Source: Spirochaetia bacterium (GTDB lineage: Bacteria; Spirochaetota; Spirochaetia; SZUA-6; Bin103). From it: a stretch of DNA of 64,000 nucleotides. Positions 29,339 to 37,349 of the stretch are shown here, in pieces. Where the stretch lies: contig CBDBDQ010000005.1 of the NCBI GenBank assembly GCA_965203905.1, forward strand, positions 4,768,001 through 4,832,000, given 5' to 3'. Every line of letters begins with the position of its first letter. Position 1 is the first letter of the stretch. Below the pieces are notes generated by a model. It was not told the DNA's origin. It did not search any database and saw nothing but the letters and a program-made list of their open reading frames with translations. The position numbers were made by a program, and so were the translations under genes.

Positions 29339-30337
29339 ATGCAGTCCACCATACCGGACCTACTTGTGCAGATCTGCAAGCTCGGTGGAGTCTTATGGAC
29401 TGCGGCTTTTGGCATAATGGGTCTGCTGGTGACGTTTCGCGATGAGAGAACGCAACGAGTCACCAAATGGGGCCGCATAGCACTATCAGGTATTGTCGTT
29501 TCGACCACTCTTGGTGTCGTGGGTCAGCTTCTTGAACACACCCTTGAAATAGAGAGCCTTTCCGAGAGTGTTGGACGGCAGGAGAAAATACTTCTCGAGA
29601 TCAATCGCCAGAATCACTCGTTCACTGCTGACGCCCAGATCATTACAGCTCTTCGGTTTCCTAAAGACCATCCGGTGACCAAGGAATATCTTGATGACTG
29701 TCTTGATAACTGCCTCATGCCGCTCTTTAACGACATCATAGAGGAGTACGGTAATCGAGGTAGTTGGTACAATCCGAAATATTCGCAGATCTACGTTGAT
29801 GGACATACTGGTCCCGAAGGAAATCAAGTAGATAAAATCTGGCTGCCAGTTCCTCATGACATATTATTTCCGAAGGAAGCCATTAAAGTGTCGCTAGAAG
29901 TTGGAGTCTACGAAGGATCTGTATCCGTCAATGACGTGGACCTTTCGCTCCCTGCCTCTGCTGGTAAACCATACTCTGAGGTTTCTTTCGCGCTGTCCTC
30001 AAATCGTCTCGAAGCAGGCCGCCTACACTACTTTCCGAGCCGCGAGATCTTCGTGTTCGAATTCCGAGCACCTCCAGGCCATATACGCACGGCATTCGCC
30101 CCGATGAGCATCCTAGATCTTCAGGATAAATTGCTCGTCGTCGGCATCCTCGGAGAGGAAAATGCGACGATTTCATTAGTCGGCATACAGTTCAGGCTTT
30201 CTTCTGGAGTTGCCGTGACAATTGGAAGTGAGGCATTCGAAGCTACCTCGAATTCCTGGCCGGATGTGTCGCACTTCGCGGTTATTGACGATCTCGATCA
30301 AACGGGGCAATGGCCGGTCGAGTACATACTGCCATGA
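29339..30337 (+). CDS. Hypothetical protein with two N-terminal TM helices
   Basis: Two hydrophobic helices flanking RVTKWGR; starts 2 nt after the STAND stop. Confidence 0.8.
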   Translation: MQSTIPDLLVQICKLGGVLWTAAFGIMGLLVTFRDERTQRVTKWGRIALSGIVVSTTLGVVGQLLEHTLEIESLSESVGRQEKILLEINRQNHSFTADAQIITALRFPKDHPVTKEYLDDCLDNCLMPLFNDIIEEYGNRGSWYNPKYSQIYVDGHTGPEGNQVDKIWLPVPHDILFPKEAIKVSLEVGVYEGSVSVNDVDLSLPASAGKPYSEVSFALSSNRLEAGRLHYFPSREIFVFEFRAPPGHIRTAFAPMSILDLQDKLLVVGILGEENATISLVGIQFRLSSGVAVTIGSEAFEATSNSWPDVSHFAVIDDLDQTGQWPVEYILP

Positions 30338-30400
30338 ACCCCTGATCACTTATTAAAATCGCTCTGCGGGAGCGTCGGACGGAAGCCAGACGGTCACCCC

Positions 30401-30429
30401 ACTTCCGATAATACCGCCATCTGTCAACC
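30401..30429 (+). promoter_or_regulatory. dif-like recombination site candidate
   Basis: ACTTCCGATAA-TACCGCC-ATCTGTCAACC; related copies at 20596, 22199, 22865, 31327, 32350 and 35761. Confidence 0.55.
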
Positions 30430-30784
30430 CGGCGCCGGCTCGCCCGCGTGCTCCCACACTTCAAGCCTTCGACCCGGCACCCTATCAAATCTGCATACTA
30501 CATTTGGAGTGGATGTACTATGGAATATTCGTGTATTTTGGCGGGCAAAGACTGTCTTTATGACGAATCATGGTTCCGCGCGCATGATGTCGGCGCAAAG
30601 GCCCTTCCGGCACCGAGCACGGCCGGCGTATGACGGGTCCGTATTGCTCGCCGTGCCGCCGATCTCATACTATTTGAGGACCATGCGAGATACTAATGAA
30701 ACCGCCGTCGAGCTATGCTTGAATGCGCTACATGCCGCTGTAGCGCAAGCCCTTGATACGAGAACTGCGGATGGTAGTCGCCGG

Positions 30785-31261
30785 ATGCACCGTCTACTCG
30801 CCGTGGCCGCGCTACTGATGGTTCTGGCCGTCGCTTCGCCCGCCTACAACCCGCCACCAGAGGGTTGGTTAGTAACGATCCGCGAGTACAGCGACCCGGA
30901 TTCGGTGTCCTATTGGATTGACGTAACCGGAGACTGCATCGATCAGGATACAGCCAACGATTTGGTTGAGTCCGAGATGGTGCGCAACCGTATCACGAAC
31001 GAGTACACCGGGCTTGCTCTGAACGTGGATGTGATGTGCCTGGCAACGGGGGACGGTTCGTGGGTGTACCACGTGAGGCCCTTTCTCCGGCGTTGGGAGC
31101 GGTTCGGCGAGCTTTTCGTTTTCTGGGACATATCTCTCAACCGAGCCACGATCGGGATAGCGGACACGGTCAAGACCATTGAGGATACCGTTACAGAAGC
31201 CGTGCGAATCGCGCTCACCGACTTCATCTACGCCCACAGTCAAGGGGTAGATTCAAACTGA
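30785..31261 (+). CDS. Secreted hypothetical protein
   Basis: Signal peptide MHRLLAVAALLMVLAVASPA. Confidence 0.65.
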   Translation: MHRLLAVAALLMVLAVASPAYNPPPEGWLVTIREYSDPDSVSYWIDVTGDCIDQDTANDLVESEMVRNRITNEYTGLALNVDVMCLATGDGSWVYHVRPFLRRWERFGELFVFWDISLNRATIGIADTVKTIEDTVTEAVRIALTDFIYAHSQGVDSN

Positions 31262-31326
31262 AGCACTACCGGTAAGTTGCATGCATCCCCGTCTCCGGAC
31301 AAAATTGAAACCAGTAGGGCAACGCC

Positions 31327-31355
31327 ACGTCCGAGAACCGGGCACTCTGTCGCCT
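31327..31355 (+). promoter_or_regulatory. dif-like recombination site candidate
   Basis: ACGTCCGAGAA-CCGGGCA-CTCTGTCGCCT, just past the stop of the dead recombinase. Confidence 0.5.
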
Positions 31356-31373
31356 GGGAGCACCGGCTCCGAA

Positions 31374-32236
31374 TCAGGGCGCCTGGTACGGAACGGTCAT
31401 CACGGGTGCCGGTACCTCGGGCCTGCCCTTCGTCTGGGCGGCGAGTTGCTGCCTCTCCAGCTCGGTCAAGTACGTCCGGCGTAGATCGTTCGGGGTCACC
31501 GGGTCGACGCCTGCCTGCTTGGCGATGGTGCATACCCGCAGCATCACGGCTTGGTCGGTCATGGCCTTCGTCTGGATGCGCCCGCCCCTGACCGGGCACA
31601 GCAGGGCCCCTGACCAGTCGCCGCGGATCGCGATCCAGGCGTCGATCGCTTCCTTGCCACCGTCTGTCGCGTAAATCTGCCGCACGTCGTGGCGTACGGT
31701 GATGGCCCCGGACATCTGGTCGTAGTCCGCGAGCAAGAGCGCGGCTGCTTCCGAGCGCCGCAGGCCGGCGCCGTAGAGCAAAGCGAGCATGGCTACATCC
31801 CGTGCGCCGACAGGATCGGTACCGGGCGCCGCGAACAAACGCCGAACCTCGCCCCGTTTGACGTATCGTCCTCCACGTCGGCGCTGTTGCGGCTTCTCGT
31901 TCCGCTCGTCCTCGACAGCGATCCGCGTCTTGTCGTCTACCAGCCCGAGTTCCTATGCTATGCGCACCGTACTCCGGACCCCGAAAGCATGTGGTTGACG
32001 GTGCCGGCCGCGACGCCGCGGTCGACTATTACCGAGCGCAGCTTCTGGACCTGCTGCAGGTCTATCTGCGACCAGTCGAACACCGTCGCATCTGTGATGG
32101 CCTCGTCAGTGAAGATTGCGACCGCGCGGTCGAGTTCCCGGCGCATGCTGCGGCTCCCGGACGGGAGGAGGCCGTCGAGATAAACGGCGGCGGGATTCTG
32201 GTCGCTGGGCGCGTCCGACTCGTCCGTGGCTTTCAC
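31374..32236 (-). pseudogene. Inactivated tyrosine recombinase, paralog of 1..771
   Basis: NPAAVYL...TVNHMLS; PVGARDVAMLALLYGAGLRRSE; frameshift near 31980; in-frame TAG near 31953; GKG-K loop missing; HxxR changed to NDLR. Confidence 0.85.
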
Positions 32237-32349
32237 TTCGGCAGCTCCAGAAGCTCGCTACCGTGGCGCTCGATAGGCTCTGCCACCGTCTCAGTATCGC
32301 CCCGTTTTCGCGAAAGCACCAGGCCAATCCCCCCAGCCCACCCAGCCCG

Positions 32350-32378
32350 ACCTCCGATAAACTGCCCTACTGTCAACT
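32350..32378 (+). promoter_or_regulatory. dif-like recombination site candidate
   Basis: ACCTCCGATAA-ACTGCCC-TACTGTCAACT, abutting the MTase stop and upstream of the dead recombinase. Confidence 0.55.
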
Positions 32379-32379
32379 A

Positions 32380-33888
32380 CTAGAGTCTCGGTCTCGGGCG
32401 GCGTCGATCACGCAAGAACGCCGACGCTCTGTCGTCGGCGCCTATCTCTTGAGCAACTGCTAACAGGTCTAGCCGGCCGAGTAACCCCACCGTGATCGGT
32501 CGCTTCGAGTCCCAGAACACGAAGGCGCGCAGCAGCTCCTGGGCAGGCCCACAGTGTAGTAAGCTCTGTACGTAGACCGCCTCGGCTTTCGACTCACAGG
32601 GTACAAAGTAGCATGTGTCGTCCAATACAATCGGCTTGCCCTTAAACGAGCCGACCACTCGGAAGTTAAGGTTCTTGTAGAAGCCGGAGATGGCAACCCG
32701 CCAAGGCGCGAAAGTGTATGCTCCCACGCCAAACACCGAGAAGCGGGGTCGACCCCGATAGATCGTGCTACCGCGACGGTCTAGCCGATCAGCATGCCCA
32801 CAGAGGTACTTCCAAGTCTGGGGAGCTTCAGATTTGATCCGATTGGTGTCGCCCCCGATCGCCGACTGAGTGACCAGCATCCATCGCTTAGGCTCGACCA
32901 CAGTTCCGTTCGCTACTTCGGAACTCTTCAACATCGGATATAGGAACCGACGCTCAAGGTGCACCTCTTCTCGGAAGCCATTCACGTACGTGTTTGGACC
33001 GCAACGGCGTAGCTCCATGACCTTCGAGCAATCGTGCTTCACGCCGGAGCGCCACTGGTAGCGCTGCGAGCCAGTCAAATGCTTCCACGTCTCATAAAGC
33101 TGTAGGTCCGCCACGAGCTCTCCGCCCCGAAGCCCGAACCGTGATGAAGGGGCGGCAGCTTCAAGAGAGTCGTAGACCGCACATTCGACTTCTCCATGCC
33201 GACGTGAACCCGAGACGACGAACAAGCACGCGTCGACCGATGCTCCAAAGTGCTTGAAGGCATCGATACAGCGCACTTCCGCACCTCTAAGCCGATGTCC
33301 GTGATTCCAAGCGTAGCGCAGGACCCTTCGAACCACCGCAACCTTACAGAGAATTGCGAGGCTGGCTTCCTGTCCCTGGATCCACTCCAAGGCGCGCAGA
33401 AGCATCCACTCGGAAATGTCGAAGTTGCTCTTTCCCGTGAGGGCATCGAGCCCGCGATGACCATGGAAGTTCGTCTTTTTGGGGAGATTAGAGCTTCCTA
33501 TGCGTGTAATCTCGGCGCTCGTAACCCAGGGCGGATTCCCGAGAACCAATAATGGTTTAGGGAGTCCTACGAGCACCTCATCCCAATCTGTTTGGAAAAA
33601 ATCGGCTTGGCGGATCTGCGTATCCGTAACAGAGTGGGACTCGCGGAGGAGACGCTGGGCCTTGGTAACATGCTGAGGATTGATTTCGAACCCAAGTAAC
33701 CTTTGCGCGGACGGGAACGCCCGAATGGCAGCATCTAGAAAGGCCCCTGTGCCGCACGTGGGCTCAAGGACGCTAGAAGGACGGAAACCGCGGCCGACCA
33801 GAAGCGAGCATACGCGGCTGGCCAGGGACCGCGGCGTCTGAAAATCGCCGAGCTCAGCTCTGACTCTTGAGTTTACCTCAGAAGCCAA
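32380..33888 (-). CDS. Type II N6-adenine DNA methyltransferase, NspV-like
   Basis: GDFQTP, LEPTCGTGAF, GNPPW; adjacent to a cognate endonuclease. Confidence 0.88.
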   Translation of the reverse strand: MASEVNSRVRAELGDFQTPRSLASRVCSLLVGRGFRPSSVLEPTCGTGAFLDAAIRAFPSAQRLLGFEINPQHVTKAQRLLRESHSVTDTQIRQADFFQTDWDEVLVGLPKPLLVLGNPPWVTSAEITRIGSSNLPKKTNFHGHRGLDALTGKSNFDISEWMLLRALEWIQGQEASLAILCKVAVVRRVLRYAWNHGHRLRGAEVRCIDAFKHFGASVDACLFVVSGSRRHGEVECAVYDSLEAAAPSSRFGLRGGELVADLQLYETWKHLTGSQRYQWRSGVKHDCSKVMELRRCGPNTYVNGFREEVHLERRFLYPMLKSSEVANGTVVEPKRWMLVTQSAIGGDTNRIKSEAPQTWKYLCGHADRLDRRGSTIYRGRPRFSVFGVGAYTFAPWRVAISGFYKNLNFRVVGSFKGKPIVLDDTCYFVPCESKAEAVYVQSLLHCGPAQELLRAFVFWDSKRPITVGLLGRLDLLAVAQEIGADDRASAFLRDRRRPRPRL

Positions 33889-33891
33889 GTG

Positions 33892-34608
33892 TCACCTCAC
33901 CCGCAAGATGCCGTCGACACTGCCGGCTTCTGTGATTACCCGACTATACTGCAGTCTCCACTGCAGTGCATTCGAGATCGTAAGATATCCGATGTCGGGG
34001 GGACACGCGAGAACTTCTTCGGCGAGACGGTTCGCCTCGATCTCGTCCACGGGGAGCATCCGTTCAGAGAAGAAAGCCAGGACGTCATCTGCGTTCCCGT
34101 TATTCGCGACGATCCGCCGGATGCCTGTAGTGGTCTGGAAATCCGCAGTGCGCTCGGCCTTTACGAAAATCGTGTGGAGGATGTTGAGCCGGGCGGTGCG
34201 AGTCTCGCCGTCATCCGTCTTGTTGTACACGAATACGAGCAGTGAGTAGCCGAGCCCATAAAGCTTCTGTCGCGCAGACTCGTAGGGACAGGAAGATTGC
34301 GGCTGCCGATAACTGGTGACCTTGAGGTCCACACATATCTCCGGGAAGTCGATTCCTTTCGCCGAACTCCCCTCTTTGTAAGTGTAGCGGCGGTTAAGAA
34401 CCTCTTGGAACTTGTGCTCTAGGTAGGTCCCGACGGCCTTGCCGTCAGTTACTCCAAACAGCGACGGTTCTTGGTGATCAGATTCGCTCTCAGCGAAAGC
34501 GCGGGCCTCCCGGCAGAGCAGATCAACAGTCAACTCTTGTTTGGTCAGAACAACTCCTCCGCGTGTATCGTCGCAGACGACTTGTGTTGTCGAGTTCTCC
34601 GGTGCCAC
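33892..34608 (-). CDS. Type II restriction endonuclease, NspV-like (true start probably ~34550)
   Basis: GVTDGKAVGTYLEHKF...GIDFP...DLKVTS.RQPQSSCP...LTISNALQWRLQY, recalled from memory as close to R.NspV. The TTCGAA specificity is an inference. Confidence 0.85.
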   Translation of the reverse strand: MAPENSTTQVVCDDTRGGVVLTKQELTVDLLCREARAFAESESDHQEPSLFGVTDGKAVGTYLEHKFQEVLNRRYTYKEGSSAKGIDFPEICVDLKVTSYRQPQSSCPYESARQKLYGLGYSLLVFVYNKTDDGETRTARLNILHTIFVKAERTADFQTTTGIRRIVANNGNADDVLAFFSERMLPVDEIEANRLAEEVLACPPDIGYLTISNALQWRLQYSRVITEAGSVDGILRVR

Positions 34609-34789
34609 GCACGACGATCATACTGTTTTCAGCAGTCGGCGTAAAGAGGGTGCGAATCGCTGGAATTCGTGAGCCCCACCGGGGCGCGGTCATAGCAAGT
34701 CCACGACATTACGTCCAGCGGCTTCGCGAGGCCACTCCGAGCGCCGGTAGCGCGGAGGCGCCGCGACCGGAACGTCTAGGTTCTGCGAG

Positions 34790-35601
34790 GTGGCAGTATG
34801 GGGACGACGCTAAAGGACGGGCCGAGACCTACCGGCGAGACGGCTCGTGTTCCCGATCGATGTGCTCAGTGACGCTGAGGTACGGTTAGTCTACGCCTAC
34901 CTGGAGGCGGCAGAGGCAGAATCGGCTACCGATCCAGAGGGCGCGCGCGCGTTCCTGCGCACTATCTGTTGCCATCGCTCGATGCGTTGGTACGCAACGA
35001 GAAGTTGCTGGCGGCCGCCTCCCTGTTGCTCGGTCCCCGATCTGCTCGTGTGGAGCGCGGACCTGTTCATCAAGAAGGCGCATTCGCCCATGACTGTAAC
35101 CTTGCATCAGGACCTAACCTACTGGGGGCTGGACGACACTGAGGAGACTACCGGACGGGTGCCGCTGTCACCGTCGAGGGTCGACAGCGGCTGCATGCGT
35201 TTCGTCCCAAGGTAGTCACCGGCGCCGAATCTTGCCGCATGTCGATACGTTAGCGGCCGACAACCTGCTCAGCCGCGGCCAGGAGGTCGCCGTAGAGGTT
35301 GACGGACACGATGCAGTTGCAGTCAAGCTGCAGACTGGGCAAGCCTCACTGCACCACGACCATCTGTTTCATGCGTCCAGACCCGACAGCACCGGTGATC
35401 GCCGCATCGGTGTGGCGATTCGCTTATCAAGCCTTCGATGAGCCAGCGTACCGGGGAGCGCCGGATGGTCAGACTGGCGAGCGGATCGGACCGCTACGGG
35501 CACTTCGATCTCGCCGGTCCACCGCGGGGGCGATTGGACGAGGCGGACTTCGAGCGTTGTCGGCACGACGTCGAGGTCAGGCGTCGGCAATTCTACGCTT
35601 A
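34790..35601 (+). pseudogene. Phytanoyl-CoA dioxygenase (PhyH) family pseudogene
   Basis: HQDLTYW, GCMRFVP, HDHLFHAS...DRRIG with stops and frameshifts. Confidence 0.8.
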
Positions 35602-36461
35602 GAGAGGGTGGTTCTGTCGGCCCCGTGGCGTCCGCGGTGTGGGAGACTCCGGCTTGACGCCGCAGCGCCAGTCGGCGGTGTGGTACCGGCGGTGGTAGTG
35701 TAACCGCCCCGGATCACGACCGGAGCGCGGCGTTCGCCGAGGCGGCACACGCCAGCCGGGACTTACGGTAAAGGCGGTTCCTGCCGCTCCAGGGCGCAAG
35801 CTGCCGATGATAACAACTGAACGCGCACTACATGCTCTCGATTCGCTCCTGCGATAGCTTGATGAGGTCGTACAAGATGGGTCGTAGATCTGTTTTCCGC
35901 CGATCCGTGTACGTTGATTGAGTAGCGTTGGAGGGCGGCTATTATGACCTCCGGCGATTCGCCGTTCTTCAACCTTAGCAACGCCGCGTGCAATAGAGTC
36001 AATAGCTTGATCAGGGGAGCCTCGAAGTACTAAGTCTGATCGGGTATGGCGCGTGCATCGCTTTGACTTCCCGGGACTGGCCGCCGTCCTTGTAACGGCT
36101 GTCGTGGCTTTCGTCGCCTGCGCCCAGAAGTCCAGGTAGGAACGAGACGAGATTCTGCGATCGCTCGCCGGAAGGCTCGATAGCATTGAGTTGAAGGTCG
36201 AGGCGCTGGATGACGCGATGCCCCAAGGGTTTTGTGAGATCGGGCAACGGGTTTGATCGCTTGGGTACCAAGGTGAATCGCCTGGATGCCAAGGTGGATG
36301 CTGTCAGCGACGGCTTGCAGGACCTACGCCGCGACCTCGAGTCGCACGGCATGCTTCCGCCGTCCGAGGCAGTCGGATGATCGCGGCTGGGGCGCGGTGG
36401 GCGACCGGGAGAACCTAGTAGAATCGACCCCTGCGCCGGCCAAACAACTCAGTCTGCGCCA

Positions 36462-37280
36462 TCATACAGAATCTGCTTTATACCAGGGATTCCCTGCTTC
36501 GCTATACTTCACCTCAATACCCGTCACACTATACGGCGTACAGGAAATCACCTCGGCGTCTTCGATATCAAAGATGGCCGTATTGGACCCATCACCAAAC
36601 TGACTACCATAAATTACCGCTTCATAGCCAGCGTCTCGGAATAGTTCAGACAATATCTGCGTGGGGACGTATCTACCCGACCAATCCTCCGACGTGACCG
36701 GCCGTGAAAATGCGTTATCTACATCCGTCCAGACTGCCCGTTCCTTCGTTTCGGCATCTACCGGTGCATCTCCAAATACTTGCGGCAACGTAAGGCAACG
36801 CATGGCTGATTTACCACTCCCCGAGGACAAATCAATTGCAATTAGATCACGAATCACTATAAGTCGAGCCACTGATATTTCTGAACCAATCCAAGGACGC
36901 ACTTCTGAAATCGCTGTCCGCACACTAGACGCGACGTATAGTACCGGGATTCCTGCGGAGTTCACTCTCCCTTCCGAACCGCGATGAGTTCGAGGTTTCA
37001 TCCGCTCCTCGGAAAATCCGGTTGGTACCTCATCATACTGCTCGCCTTCGGGATCGTACCGAGGATGATACTCTACTCCGACCTGCGCGCGCCAAAACGT
37101 TGAACCGTTTGGAATCTTTGCCTCTCGTCCTTGTCGGGTACTAAGAATAGCGTCTAGAAACTGACGAGTTTCATGGCCCCATACATAGCGCCGGTCTTTC
37201 CTCACATCCTGAGCGAAGTCACGATAGCTCGTCCAAGAACGAAACTCTGGCCCTCTCTGATCACTTGCGTCCATAGGCAT
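36462..37280 (-). CDS. RES domain protein
   Basis: GRVNSAGIPVLY, AISEVRP, YVPTQ...YGS. Confidence 0.88.
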   Translation of the reverse strand: MPMDASDQRGPEFRSWTSYRDFAQDVRKDRRYVWGHETRQFLDAILSTRQGREAKIPNGSTFWRAQVGVEYHPRYDPEGEQYDEVPTGFSEERMKPRTHRGSEGRVNSAGIPVLYVASSVRTAISEVRPWIGSEISVARLIVIRDLIAIDLSSGSGKSAMRCLTLPQVFGDAPVDAETKERAVWTDVDNAFSRPVTSEDWSGRYVPTQILSELFRDAGYEAVIYGSQFGDGSNTAIFDIEDAEVISCTPYSVTGIEVKYSEAGNPWYKADSV

Positions 37281-37349
37281 CGTTATGTTCAGGCCCAGTG
37301 TAGATCACCTAGATCCACGTAGTCCATCCATACATCAAGTCTTGGTGAG

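Noticed and set aside
37267-37294. dif-like TGCGTCCATAG-GCATCG-TTATGTTCAGG
   Set aside because: Overlaps the RES start codons and the left arm is poor; probably chance.
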